NCBI GenBank assembly: GCA_031406795.1
Contig: JANOHV010000145.1
Span: 1-52,949 of the forward strand
Reading direction: 5' to 3'
DNA: 52,949 nt
Source: Candidatus Rokuibacteriota bacterium
Lineage (GTDB): Bacteria > JAUVQV01 > DATDCY01
Both the position numbers and the translations under genes were made by a program. Shown one piece after another: positions 39,346-49,571 of the stretch (position 1 is the first letter of the stretch; each line of letters begins with the position of its first letter). The notes under the pieces are model-generated. The model did no database searches. It saw only the letters and a list, made by a program, of their open reading frames with translations, and had not been told where the DNA came from.

Positions 39346-39366
39346 GATGTCAGGGGGGATCGGAAT

Positions 39367-41160
39367 ATGACAGCTGCAGCGAAGGGTACGTACAAGCCGC
39401 GGTCGATGGACCCGACGAAATTCAAGGACTTCGAGATCGCCAAGGAGGCGATGAAATTCCTTCCCGGCCCCGACGAGTGGGCCGAGAAGCTGGGCCTGCT
39501 CAAGGAGGAGGTTATCCCGTACGGGCGCACGCCCAAGCTCGACTTCATCAAGATCATGAATCGGCTCAAAGACAAGCCGGACGGCAAGTATGTCGAGGTC
39601 ACCGCGATCACGCCGACGCCGCTCGGCGAGGGCAAGACCACGGTGTCGATGGGGCTGGTGCAGGGTCTCGGCGTCAAGGGGATCAACGTCGGCGGCGCCC
39701 TGCGCCAGCCCTCGGGCGGCCCGACGATGAACGTCAAGGGGACCGCGGCCGGCGGCGGCAACGCCCTGCTGATCCCGATGACGGAGTTTTCCCTCGGCCT
39801 GACCGGCGACATCAACGACATCATGAACGCCCACAACCTGGCAATGGTCGCGCTGACCTCGCGCCTGCAGCACGAGTGCAACTACACCGACGAGGAGCTG
39901 ACCAAGCGCGGCCTGCGCCGTTTGGATATCGACCCGAAGAACGTGGAGATGGGCTGGGTCATCGATTTTTGCGCACAGGCGCTGCGCAAGATCAACATCG
40001 GGCTCGGGACCAAGAAGGACGGCTACCCGATGGAGTCGCGTTTCGGGATAGCGGTCGGCTCGGAGCTGATGGCGATCCTGGCCGTCTCGCGCGATCTGGC
40101 GGACATGCGCGATCGGATCGGCAAGATCACCGTCGCCTACGACCGCACGGGCAAGGCGATCACGACCTCGGACCTGGACGTCGCCGGCGCGATGACCGCC
40201 TGGATGCGCAACACCATCAACCCGACGCTCTGCTACTCCGTGGAGGGCCAGCCGGTCCTGATCCACGCCGGCCCGTTCGCCAATATCGCGATCGGCCAGA
40301 ACTCGATCATCTCGGATCGCCTGGCGCTCAAGCTCTTCGACTACACGGTCACCGAGTCCGGCTTCGCCGCCGACATCGGTTTCGAGAAGTTCTGGAACGT
40401 CAAGTGCCGTCTCAGCGGCAACATCCCGAACGTCTCGGTGCTCGTGGCCACGATCCGCGCGCTCAAGATGCACGGCGGCGGCCCGACGGTCGTCCCCGGG
40501 CGGCCGCTCCCGGACGCCTACACCAAGGAGAGCCTCGATCTGGTGGAGAAGGGGTGCGCGAACCTGCTGCACATGATCGGGGTCGTCAAGAAGAGCGGCA
40601 TCGTGCCCGTGGTGTGCATCAACCAGTTCCACACCGACACGAAGGCCGAGCACGACCTGGTCCGCAAGTTGTGCACGCAGGCCGGAGCGCGCGTCGCGGT
40701 TTCCAACCACTGGCAGTACGGCGGTGAGGGCGCGGCCGAGCTCGCCGACGTCGTCATGGAGGCCTGCAACGAGAAGTCGAACTACAAGCCGCTCTACCCG
40801 CTGAGCATGCCGCTGCGCCAGCGCGTCGAGATGATCGCCAAGGAAGTCTACGGCGCCGATGGCGTGAGCTGGGCCCCGCTGGCGGAGGCCAAGGCCAAGC
40901 GGTTCGAGGCTGACCCGCAGTTCGCCGACTTCCAGACGATGATGGTCAAGACGCACCTGAGCCTGACGCACGACCCGACACTCAAGGGCGTTCCGAAGGG
41001 CTGGACGCTGCCGATCCGCGACATCCTGGTCTACAGTGGCGCGAAGTTCCTCTGCCCGATGGCCGGGGAGATCAGCCTGATGCCCGGCACCGCGTCCGAT
41101 CCGGCCTACCGCCGCATCGACGTGGACGTCAATACCGGCGAAGTCTCGGGGCTCTTCTAA
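39367..41160 (+). CDS. fhs: Formate--tetrahydrofolate ligase
   Basis: [49 protein letters not shown]. Confidence 0.96.
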   Translation: MTAAAKGTYKPRSMDPTKFKDFEIAKEAMKFLPGPDEWAEKLGLLKEEVIPYGRTPKLDFIKIMNRLKDKPDGKYVEVTAITPTPLGEGKTTVSMGLVQGLGVKGINVGGALRQPSGGPTMNVKGTAAGGGNALLIPMTEFSLGLTGDINDIMNAHNLAMVALTSRLQHECNYTDEELTKRGLRRLDIDPKNVEMGWVIDFCAQALRKINIGLGTKKDGYPMESRFGIAVGSELMAILAVSRDLADMRDRIGKITVAYDRTGKAITTSDLDVAGAMTAWMRNTINPTLCYSVEGQPVLIHAGPFANIAIGQNSIISDRLALKLFDYTVTESGFAADIGFEKFWNVKCRLSGNIPNVSVLVATIRALKMHGGGPTVVPGRPLPDAYTKESLDLVEKGCANLLHMIGVVKKSGIVPVVCINQFHTDTKAEHDLVRKLCTQAGARVAVSNHWQYGGEGAAELADVVMEACNEKSNYKPLYPLSMPLRQRVEMIAKEVYGADGVSWAPLAEAKAKRFEADPQFADFQTMMVKTHLSLTHDPTLKGVPKGWTLPIRDILVYSGAKFLCPMAGEISLMPGTASDPAYRRIDVDVNTGEVSGLF

Positions 41161-41195
41161 GCCGGGGCAGGGCGGTTTCAACGTTAGCATGCTAC

Positions 41196-41244
41196 GCAAA
41201 AGGGTCCAGATGACAGACGCGATGCAGCAGATGGGCCCTTTTGC
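41196..41244. repeat. Palindromic repeat family C, short copy 2
   Basis: gcaaaagggtccagatg...cagatgggcccttttgc. Confidence 0.6.
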
Positions 41245-41293
41245 GGTTTCAACCTCGGCCGGGTGTCCAGCACCGGCAACGAGTAACTTCTCG

Positions 41294-41388
41294 TTCCCGT
41301 GCAGGCTGCGGGGTCCTGTCGCTGCGGACCTCCGCCGTGCTCCCTACGGTCCGCCGACGGAGACCTCCCCTCCGCGCCACCCCTCCGC
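41294..41388. repeat. ~95-bp structured repeat family B, copy 2 (inverted)
   Basis: Reverse complement aligns with 32656-32751. Confidence 0.8.
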
Positions 41389-41640
41389 TGTTTCTGTCAT
41401 GTGACTGGGCGGTGGCGGGACGGTGACGGGCGGGCGCATGGCGGAGCGCGAGGGAACCGCAGCGGCCGCACCGGAGCGTCCCCGCAGGGGCGAAGCGTGC
41501 TGTCTGAGCCCGCAGGGCGAGTTGCGCGCTTCGAGCGCAGGGGCGGACAAGCTGCGGTCGAGCGCGCAGCTGGCGACCGCACGGCACCGTCTCGCCACCG
41601 CCCTCGGGACGGTTAGTTCGGAAGTGACGTTAACCTGACG

Positions 41641-43611
41641 ATGCCAAGAGTTCGGTTTCATCCCAACCAGCGGGAGGTCGAGGTCGCCGTCGGCGAGAGC
41701 CTGCTGCGGGCGGCGATCCTCGCCGGCGTGCACGTCAACGCGACCTGCGGCGGCAGCGGCGTCTGCGGCAAGTGCCGCGTCGTCGTGGAGAGCGGCGCCG
41801 TCGCCTCCGAGCCCTCGGCGAAGATCACGCCGGAGCAGGCTGCGGCCGGCCACGTGCTCGCCTGCACGAGCACGGTCACCGGCGACGTCGAGGTGCGCGT
41901 GCCGGTCGAATCCCAGATGGGGGACACCCGCGCCGTGCTGGCCCGCGAGCACCGCACCGTGACGCACGGCTCGGCGCTGACCCCGAAGGATCTCGGCGAG
42001 CTCTTCGGGGACTTCGAGCTCGACCCGGCCACCCGCCGTCTCTACGTCGAGCTGCCCGCGCCGACGCTCGAGGACAACATCGGCGATCTCGAACGGCTGC
42101 GTCGCGAACTGACCCGGGTCCACGGCGTCGGCGACTTCACCGTCGACCACTCGTGCCTGGCGCTGCTGGCGGCGCGCCTGCGAGCCGGGGAGTGGAAAGT
42201 CACCGCCACGCTCACCCGGGCCGGCGAGGGGGAGTGCCCGCGCCTGATCGGCGTCGACCCCGGCGATCGCTCCGCACGCCACTTCGGCCTGGCGGTGGAC
42301 ATCGGGACCACCAGCGTGGTTGCCGAGCTGGTCGACTTGGGAACCCGCGCGTCACTGGGGCGGGAATCCGAGTACAACGCCCAGATCAGCTGCGGGGACG
42401 ACGTGATCTCGCGCATCGTCTACTCGATGAAGAAGGACGGACTGACCCGGCTGCAGGGGCTGGTCGTCGGCACGATCAACACCCTGGTCGACCGGCTGGT
42501 TGAAAAGACCGGCGTCGAGCGCGACGACATCGTCTACCTGGTCGCCGCGGGCAATACGACGATGGTCCATCTCTTCTACGGGATCGACCCGCGCCACATT
42601 CGCATGGAGCCCTACATCCCGACGATGAACTTCATCCCCACCGTCGAGGCCGCGACGCTCGGCCTGCGCATCGCCCGCGGCGCGCGCGTCTACTGCGTGC
42701 CGGGCCGCGCCAGCTATGTCGGCGGCGACATCACGGCCGGGCTGCTGGCCTCCGGCGTCTTCCGCAGCGAAAAGCTCACGCTGTTCATCGACATCGGGAC
42801 CAACGGCGAGATGGCCCTCGGTAATGCCGAGTGGCTGCTCTCGTGCGCCTGCTCCGCCGGCCCGGCGTTCGAAGGCGGGTCGGTCAAGCACGGCATGCGG
42901 GCGGTGACGGGGGCCATCGAGACGGTGCGCATCAACCCCGACACGCTCGAGCCGATGATCGTCACCATCGGCCAGCAGCGGCCGAAGGGGATCTGCGGCT
43001 CCGGCCTGATCGACGCGGTGGCCGAGCTGTTTCTCACCGGCGTCATCAACGAGAAGGGCAAGTTCAATGTCGACCTCGGTCACCCGCGCATCCGGGTCGC
43101 CGACGGGATGGCGGAGTACGTGCTGGTCCGGGCTGCCGAGTCCGCCATCGGCGCGGACATCGCCATCACCGAGGCCGACCTGGACAACCTGATCCGCACC
43201 AAGGGCGCGATCTACGCCGGTATCGCGACGCTGCTCGAACAGATGGAGATGACCGTCGACGCGATCGAGCAGGTCTACATCGCCGGCGGCTTCGGGCGCT
43301 ACCTCGAGCTGGACCAGGCGATCACGATCGGCCTGCTGCCCGAGATTGCCGAAGAGAAGGTGAAATACGTCGGCAACGGCTCGCTGCTGGGGGCGCACCT
43401 GGTGCTGCTTTCGCAGGCCGCCCGGGAGTCCGCGGGCGAGATCGCCCGGAACATGACCTATCTGGAGCTGAGCACCAATCCCGGCTTCATGGACAACTAC
43501 GTGTCGGCGCTCTTCCTGCCGCACACCGATCAGCATCTGTTCCCGTCGGTCCTGCGGCGCGTCGGCAGGGGGAGCCTGCGGAGCGGGGACGGCGGGTCCG
43601 AAGCACGTTGA
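41641..43611 (+). CDS. acsV: Corrinoid reductive activator (RACo/AcsV; 2Fe-2S + ASKHA)
   Basis: CGGSGVCGKC...LAC, DIGTT, GDDVISRI, DIGTNGE, GICGSG, AGGFG. Confidence 0.93.
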   Translation: MPRVRFHPNQREVEVAVGESLLRAAILAGVHVNATCGGSGVCGKCRVVVESGAVASEPSAKITPEQAAAGHVLACTSTVTGDVEVRVPVESQMGDTRAVLAREHRTVTHGSALTPKDLGELFGDFELDPATRRLYVELPAPTLEDNIGDLERLRRELTRVHGVGDFTVDHSCLALLAARLRAGEWKVTATLTRAGEGECPRLIGVDPGDRSARHFGLAVDIGTTSVVAELVDLGTRASLGRESEYNAQISCGDDVISRIVYSMKKDGLTRLQGLVVGTINTLVDRLVEKTGVERDDIVYLVAAGNTTMVHLFYGIDPRHIRMEPYIPTMNFIPTVEAATLGLRIARGARVYCVPGRASYVGGDITAGLLASGVFRSEKLTLFIDIGTNGEMALGNAEWLLSCACSAGPAFEGGSVKHGMRAVTGAIETVRINPDTLEPMIVTIGQQRPKGICGSGLIDAVAELFLTGVINEKGKFNVDLGHPRIRVADGMAEYVLVRAAESAIGADIAITEADLDNLIRTKGAIYAGIATLLEQMEMTVDAIEQVYIAGGFGRYLELDQAITIGLLPEIAEEKVKYVGNGSLLGAHLVLLSQAARESAGEIARNMTYLELSTNPGFMDNYVSALFLPHTDQHLFPSVLRRVGRGSLRSGDGGSEAR

Positions 43612-43667
43612 ATCCTGGTGCCGGTTGACGGATACTAGGCGATCGCAGTGACGGGGAGGGGCGCGGT

Positions 43668-44432
43668 TTGAGCTACACGATTGCGGTCGCCGGCAAGGGC
43701 GGTACCGGCAAGACGACGATTTCGAGCCTGGTCATCCGGCACTTTGTGCGCGCGGGCAAGACGCCCGTGTTTGCCGTGGACGCCGATTCGAACTTCAACC
43801 TCAACGACCAGCTGGGTGTCGCGGTCGCGTCCACGATCGGCGGTTCGCGCGAGGAAATGAAGCGGAAGATCAACGCGAACCAGGTGCCGGCGGGCATGAC
43901 CAAGGACGCCTACCTGGAGATCCTGATGCAGGCCAGCCTGATCGAGAGCGAGGGGTTCGATCTGCTCGTGATGGGGCGCCCGGAGGGGCCGGGGTGCTAC
44001 TGCGCGGCCAACAACATGCTGCGCCGCCACCTCGAGGTGCTGGCCGGCAACTACCCGGTGGTCGTCATCGACAACGAGGCCGGCATGGAGCACCTCTCCC
44101 GGCGCACGACGGCGAAGATCGACCTGTTGCTGCTCGTCTCCGAACCGAGTCCGGTCGGCATCATGACGGCGGCGCGCATCCGGGATCTCGCGCGGGAGAT
44201 CGAGATCGAGGTCGCGCGGACGGGGCTGATCATCAACCGGGTCTGCGGAGCGGGTATCGCCGAGCGGCTCGTCGCGGAAGCCCGGGGGCACGGGCTCGAG
44301 GTGCTCGGCACCGTGCCGCTGGACGAGGCGGTGGTCGAGCAGGCCATGGGGCACCTGCCGGCCTTCCGGCTGCCCGACGACGCGCCGGCGGTCCGCGCGG
44401 TCGATGGCATAATGTCGAAAATCCTTGTGTGA
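43668..44432 (+). CDS. cooC: CooC/AcsF nickel-insertion ATPase
   Basis: GKGGTGKTT, GPGCYC, DNEAGMEHLSR. Confidence 0.92.
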   Translation: MSYTIAVAGKGGTGKTTISSLVIRHFVRAGKTPVFAVDADSNFNLNDQLGVAVASTIGGSREEMKRKINANQVPAGMTKDAYLEILMQASLIESEGFDLLVMGRPEGPGCYCAANNMLRRHLEVLAGNYPVVVIDNEAGMEHLSRRTTAKIDLLLLVSEPSPVGIMTAARIRDLAREIEIEVARTGLIINRVCGAGIAERLVAEARGHGLEVLGTVPLDEAVVEQAMGHLPAFRLPDDAPAVRAVDGIMSKILV

Positions 44433-44558
44433 CTCGGAAGTTCCCTGGACGACAGGACCCCGTAGCCTGAACGGGAGTTGAAGGAGCAGCAGTTCTTGGG
44501 GTGGAATACAGCACATGGCTGTTCTCGAAGGCCAATGAACGAAAGGGGAGGAATAGAG

Positions 44559-45428
44559 ATGGCGGCAACGATTATTGACGGGAAGGCGATTTCGGCCCAG
44601 ATCCGGGGCGAGTTGACCGGAGAGGTCGCGAAGCTCAAGCAGCAGAAGGGGGTCACCCCGGGGCTGGCGGTTGTCCTGGTGGGCGACAACCCGGCTTCCA
44701 AGGTCTACGTCGGCGCGAAGGAAAAGGGCTGTGCGGAACTGGGGCTGGTCTCCAAGAAATATGTGTTGCCGGGAGAGGCCTCCGAGCAGGAGCTGCTCGC
44801 CTTGGTGGCGAAGCTCAATGCCGATGCGGAGATCGACGGCATCCTGGTGCAGCTGCCGCTGCCCAAGCAGATCGACGAGAACAAGGTCATCGCCGCCATC
44901 CAACCCGACAAGGACGTCGACGGGTTCCATCCGGTCAACGTCGGCCGCCTCGTGATCGGCACCGAGGGCTTCAAGCCGTGCACGCCCTACGGGGTGATCC
45001 ACCTGCTCAAGCGCTCGGGCGTCAAGCTCGCCGGGGCCGAGGTGGTCGTGGTCGGCCGCAGCAACATCGTCGGCAAGCCGGTGGCGCTGCTGCTGCTGCA
45101 GGAGCACGCGACGGTCACGGTCTGCCACTCGAAGACGCGGGACCTCGGTGAGGTCTGTCGCCGCGCCGACGTGCTGGTCGTCGCGATCGGCCGGCCGAAG
45201 ATGATCACCGCGGACATGGTCAAGCCGGGCGTCGTCGTGATCGACGTCGGCGTCAACCGGCTCGCCGACGGCAAGCTCTGCGGGGACGTCGACTACGAGG
45301 GCGTCGCGCAGAAGGCCTCCCAGATCACGCCGGTGCCCGGCGGGGTCGGGCCGATGACGATCGCGATGCTGATGCACAACACGGTAAATTCTGCCCGGCG
45401 CCGCGCCGGGTTGCCGCCCCTGGCCTAG
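44559..45428 (+). CDS. folD: Methylene-THF dehydrogenase/cyclohydrolase
   Basis: [42 protein letters not shown]. Confidence 0.96.
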   Translation: MAATIIDGKAISAQIRGELTGEVAKLKQQKGVTPGLAVVLVGDNPASKVYVGAKEKGCAELGLVSKKYVLPGEASEQELLALVAKLNADAEIDGILVQLPLPKQIDENKVIAAIQPDKDVDGFHPVNVGRLVIGTEGFKPCTPYGVIHLLKRSGVKLAGAEVVVVGRSNIVGKPVALLLLQEHATVTVCHSKTRDLGEVCRRADVLVVAIGRPKMITADMVKPGVVVIDVGVNRLADGKLCGDVDYEGVAQKASQITPVPGGVGPMTIAMLMHNTVNSARRRAGLPPLA

Positions 45429-45461
45429 TGCGGGCAGAGCCCGCAAGACAAAGGAGAGACC

Positions 45462-46403
45462 ATGGCTTTTCAGGCACCCGTTGAGACGTCGACCGCCAAG
45501 ATCCGGGAGTTGACGCTCGGCACGAAGAAGACGGTCACCGTGGGCGGCCAGAACGCGCTGGCGTTCCATTCATTCGAGGGCACGCTGCCGAACGGTCCGA
45601 AGATCGCGATGGAGGTGTACGACACGACGCCCGCCGACTGGGCGGATGAACTCAAGCGCGCGATCGGCGATGTCTGGGGCGACCCGGTCGCCTGGGCGAA
45701 GAAGTGCGAGGGCGAATTCGGCGCCGACCTGATCTGCCTGCAGCTCGCGGGCACCGACCCCAATGGCGCCAACCGGAGCGTCGCCGACGCGGTCGCCACC
45801 GTCAAGGCGGTCGCGGAGGCGATCAGCGTGCCGCTGATGGTCTACGGTTCGGGCAACAGCGACAAGGACGCCGAGCTGCTCAAGGCCGTCGCCGAGGCGA
45901 CGCAGGGCAAGAACGTCATCATCGGGCTCGCGGTCGAGGAGAACTACAAGTCGATCGGCGCGGCGGCCATGGGCTTCGGCGCGAAAGTCTCGGGGGAGAC
46001 CCCGATCGACGTCAACATGGCCAAGCAGCTGAACATCCTGCTGACGAACCTCGGCGTCCCGCTGGACGCCCTGCTCATCGACCCCTCGACCGGGGCACTG
46101 GGCTACGGCCTGGAGTACTGCTTTTCGATCCACGAGCGGATCAAGCTCGCGGCGCTCAAGCAGAACGACGCGATGCTCCAGTCGCCCACGATCGCCAACC
46201 TCGGCAAGGAGGTCTGGCGGGCCAAGGAGGCGAAGATCAGCCAGGCGGACGCGCCGCAGTGGGGCGATGGCCGCAAGCGCGGGATCATCTGGGAGACACT
46301 CACGGCAACCGCCGTCATGATGGCCGGCGCGGACATCCTGATCATGCGGCACCCCGAGGCGGTGAAGCTGATCAGAAAGACGATCGCGGAGCTCGGGGCC
46401 TAG
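45462..46403 (+). CDS. acsD: Corrinoid Fe-S protein small subunit
   Basis: TVGG, PKIAMEVYD, DPVAWAKKC, PIDVNMAKQLN, LGYGLEY, MRHP. Confidence 0.95.
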   Translation: MAFQAPVETSTAKIRELTLGTKKTVTVGGQNALAFHSFEGTLPNGPKIAMEVYDTTPADWADELKRAIGDVWGDPVAWAKKCEGEFGADLICLQLAGTDPNGANRSVADAVATVKAVAEAISVPLMVYGSGNSDKDAELLKAVAEATQGKNVIIGLAVEENYKSIGAAAMGFGAKVSGETPIDVNMAKQLNILLTNLGVPLDALLIDPSTGALGYGLEYCFSIHERIKLAALKQNDAMLQSPTIANLGKEVWRAKEAKISQADAPQWGDGRKRGIIWETLTATAVMMAGADILIMRHPEAVKLIRKTIAELGA

Positions 46404-46496
46404 TCGGCCCAAGGTCTGCCGGCCCGATCGGGACGACCGGGGCGGGATGAAGATGCGGAACGAACCCGTGCAACCCTTACGGAGGTAATTGACGTC

Positions 46497-47837
46497 ATGG
46501 CGCTCACAGGCATGGCCATCTTCAAGCATATGCCGAAGACCAACTGCGGTCAGTGCGGGGTACCCACCTGCCTGGCCTTCGCGATGAAGCTCGCCGCCGG
46601 CGGCGCATCGCTCGACCAGTGTCCCTTCGTCAGCGAGGCGGCGAAGGAGCTGCTCGCTGAAGCCTCGGCGCCGCCGATCCGCGGCGTCGTCATCGGCGAG
46701 GGCGAGTTCGCGCTGAAGATCGGCGAGGAACTCGTCATGCACCGGCACGAGAAGACCTTCTTCAACCCGGCGGGCTACGCGCTGCTGATCGAGGACACCG
46801 AGGACGCCGCGGCCGTCGCCGGGAAGCTGGCGGCGCTCAAGGCGGCGACCTACGAGCGCGTCGCGCAGAAGCTGCGCTCGAACCTCGTCGCGGTCAAGAA
46901 CGCCTCGGGCGACGCCGCGAAGTTCACCGCCTGCGTCGCCGCGGTGGCCGGCGCGATCGAGTACCCGCTGGTGCTGATGGCCGAGCCCGCCGCGATCGAG
47001 GCGGCGCTCGCGGTCACCGCGCTGAAGCGGCCGCTGCTCTACGCGGCGACCAAGGCCAACCTCGACGCGATGGCCGCCCTCGCCAAGAAGCTCGGCGCGC
47101 CGCTCGCGGTCAAGGCCGTTTCGCTCGACGAACTGGGCGAGCTGACGGCGAAACTCGACGGGATGGGGGTCAAGGACCTGGTGCTCGACCCGGGTTCGCG
47201 CACGCTCAAGGAGACGCACCAGAACCTGGTCTACATCCGCCGCGCCGCCCTGAAGAAGAAGCTGCGGCCGTTCGGCTATCCGATCATCACCTTCCCGGCC
47301 GAAGAGACGACCGACGACATGATGGAGACGATTCACGCGGCGATCTACACCATCAAGTACGGCGGAATCGTCGTGCTGCGCGACCTCTCGCCCGAGAAGG
47401 CCTACGCACTCTACGTGCTGCGCCAGAACATCTACACCGACCCGCAGCGGCCGATGCAGGTCGAGCAGGGGTTCTACCCGATCAACGGCGCGGACGAAAA
47501 CTCCCCCGTGCTGATCACGACGAACTTCTCGCTGACCTACTTCATCGTCTCCTCCGAGATCGAGGGCAGCAAGGTGCCGGCCTGGCTCGGGATCGTCGAC
47601 ACCGACGGGCTCTCGACGCTGACCGCCTGGGCCGCCGGCAAGTTTGTGCCGGACCGGATTGCGGCCTTCGTCACCAAGAGCGATCTGGCGTCCAAGGTCA
47701 AGCACCGCACCGTCATCATCCCCGGCTACGTCGCGCAGCTCAGCGGCGAGCTCGAGGAGGAGCTGGCCGGCTGGAAGGTGGTCGTCGGGCCGCGCGAGGC
47801 CTCCGAGCTGCCGGCGTTCCTCAAGGCGCTGAAATAG
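46497..47837 (+). CDS. acsC: Corrinoid Fe-S protein large subunit
   Basis: PKTNCGQCGVPTCLAFA...CP, RHEKTF, IYTDPQRP, TTNFSLTYF, TAWAAGKF. Confidence 0.96.
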   Translation: MALTGMAIFKHMPKTNCGQCGVPTCLAFAMKLAAGGASLDQCPFVSEAAKELLAEASAPPIRGVVIGEGEFALKIGEELVMHRHEKTFFNPAGYALLIEDTEDAAAVAGKLAALKAATYERVAQKLRSNLVAVKNASGDAAKFTACVAAVAGAIEYPLVLMAEPAAIEAALAVTALKRPLLYAATKANLDAMAALAKKLGAPLAVKAVSLDELGELTAKLDGMGVKDLVLDPGSRTLKETHQNLVYIRRAALKKKLRPFGYPIITFPAEETTDDMMETIHAAIYTIKYGGIVVLRDLSPEKAYALYVLRQNIYTDPQRPMQVEQGFYPINGADENSPVLITTNFSLTYFIVSSEIEGSKVPAWLGIVDTDGLSTLTAWAAGKFVPDRIAAFVTKSDLASKVKHRTVIIPGYVAQLSGELEEELAGWKVVVGPREASELPAFLKALK

Positions 47838-47838
47838 C

Positions 47839-48639
47839 ATGAAAATAGCGGTCACCGGCAAGGGCGGGGTCGGCAAGACCACCGTCGCGGCGGGGCTGGC
47901 CCGGCTGTTCGCACAGGAGGGCTATCCGGTCATCACCATCGATGCCGACCCGGACGCCAATCTGGCGGCCGCGCTCGGAGTCGACCCGGTCGCCGCGGCA
48001 GGCATCGTGCCCATCGCGAAAATGAGCGACCTGATAGCCGAGCGGACCGGCTCCAAGGCGGGGACGATCGGCGGGATCTTCAAGCTCAACCCGCGGGTTG
48101 ACGATTTGCCCGACGAGTTCAGCGTCAAGGTCAACGGAGTCAAGCACCTCGTGCTCGGCACCGTCGAGAAAGGCGGCTCGGGGTGCATCTGCCCGGAGTC
48201 GACCGTGCTCAAGGCGCTGATGAAGCACGTCATCGTGCGGCGCGACGAGGTGGTCATCATGGACATGGAGGCCGGCATCGAGCACCTCGGCCGGGGCACC
48301 GCCGCGTCGGTCGACGCGATGCTGGTGGTTGTCGAGCCGGGGCAGCGCAGCGTCCAGACGGCCCGCCAGATCCAGAAGCTGGCGGCCGACCTGAAGCTGC
48401 TGCGGGTCTTCCTGGTGCTCAACAAGGTGCACGACCGCGCGGAGGAGGACCAGCTGCGTGGCTACCTGCCGGATCTGCCGGTGATCGGCATGATCAGCGA
48501 GCGCGAGTCGATCCGCCGGGCGGATCTGGATGGACGCTCGCCGTTCGACGTGGATCCGGCATTCGTCGCCGAGATCGCCGTGATCAAGGAGCGCCTTAAA
48601 CAAGAGATCGGGTCGTCCGCGGACGCGCCCACAACCTGA
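47839..48639 (+). CDS. cooC: Second CooC-family nickel-insertion ATPase
   Basis: GKGGVGKTT, DADPDANL, GSGCICPE, DMEAGIEHLGRGT. Confidence 0.93.
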   Translation: MKIAVTGKGGVGKTTVAAGLARLFAQEGYPVITIDADPDANLAAALGVDPVAAAGIVPIAKMSDLIAERTGSKAGTIGGIFKLNPRVDDLPDEFSVKVNGVKHLVLGTVEKGGSGCICPESTVLKALMKHVIVRRDEVVIMDMEAGIEHLGRGTAASVDAMLVVVEPGQRSVQTARQIQKLAADLKLLRVFLVLNKVHDRAEEDQLRGYLPDLPVIGMISERESIRRADLDGRSPFDVDPAFVAEIAVIKERLKQEIGSSADAPTT

Positions 48640-48656
48640 AGGAAGGGAAGAAGAAA

Positions 48657-49475
48657 ATGCTGATTATCGCGGAAAAGATCAACATCATGTCCAAGACGAT
48701 CGGCCCGGCCATGCGCAACCGCGAGGCCAAGCCGATCCACGAGATGGCGCTCGCGCAGATCCAGGGCGGCGCCCGGGCGCTGGATTTGAACCTCGGGCCG
48801 GCCACGAAGGACGGCCCCGGGATGATGCAGTGGCTCGTCAAGACGGTCGAGGAGGTCACCGACTCCACGATCCAGCTCTCGCTCGACACGAAGAACCTCG
48901 AGGCGATGGAGGCCGGGCTGGCCGTCGTCACCAAGCACAAGCCGATGATCAACTCCACGAACGCCGACGAGGGCGTCCTCGACAAGATGATGCCGCTCGC
49001 GGCGAAGTACGACGCCGACATCATCGCGCTGGCGATGACGCTGGCCGGCATCCCGCGCGACTGCGACGAGCGGATGGTGAACGCGGCGATGATCATGGGC
49101 AAGGCGATGGAGCACGGGGTCGCGCTGGATCGCATCTACCTCGACCCGCTCGTGCTGCCGATCGGCGTGGCCCAGCAGGACGTCATGGAGTGCATCAATG
49201 CGGTGCGGCTCTTCCAGGAGCTCAACGACGGTGAGCCGATGAAGACGGTCGTCGGCCTCTCGAACGTCTACAACGGCACGCCGAAGCATCTGCATGCGCG
49301 CATCGGCTCGACGTTCTTCACGCTGCTGGCCTCGGCCGGCCTGACCGCGGCGATCGCCGACTCGACGAACAAGGAGTTCATGGCGACGGTCCGGACGGTC
49401 GAGTTGCTCAAGAACGAGATTCTCTACGCCGCGTCGTATCTCGACGGACTGATCGATCCGCCCCCTGCGGCCTAG
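48657..49475 (+). CDS. acsE: Methyl-THF:corrinoid Fe-S protein methyltransferase
   Basis: IIAEKINIM, LDLN, LSLDT, MINS, YLDPLVLP, GLSNV pterin-binding barrel. Confidence 0.92.
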   Translation: MLIIAEKINIMSKTIGPAMRNREAKPIHEMALAQIQGGARALDLNLGPATKDGPGMMQWLVKTVEEVTDSTIQLSLDTKNLEAMEAGLAVVTKHKPMINSTNADEGVLDKMMPLAAKYDADIIALAMTLAGIPRDCDERMVNAAMIMGKAMEHGVALDRIYLDPLVLPIGVAQQDVMECINAVRLFQELNDGEPMKTVVGLSNVYNGTPKHLHARIGSTFFTLLASAGLTAAIADSTNKEFMATVRTVELLKNEILYAASYLDGLIDPPPAA

Positions 49476-49571
49476 CGCGGTCGACGGGCGCGGCGGGGTT
49501 CCCCCTCGCGGGGCGGCCCCGCCGCTGCCGACGTCTGGCCAGGGTCAGAACCTCAACACGACTGGGTGAGC

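Noticed and set aside
46448-46489. 13-codon ORF between acsD and acsC as another junction micro-ORF
   Set aside because: No overlap with neighbouring genes and no similarity to the family
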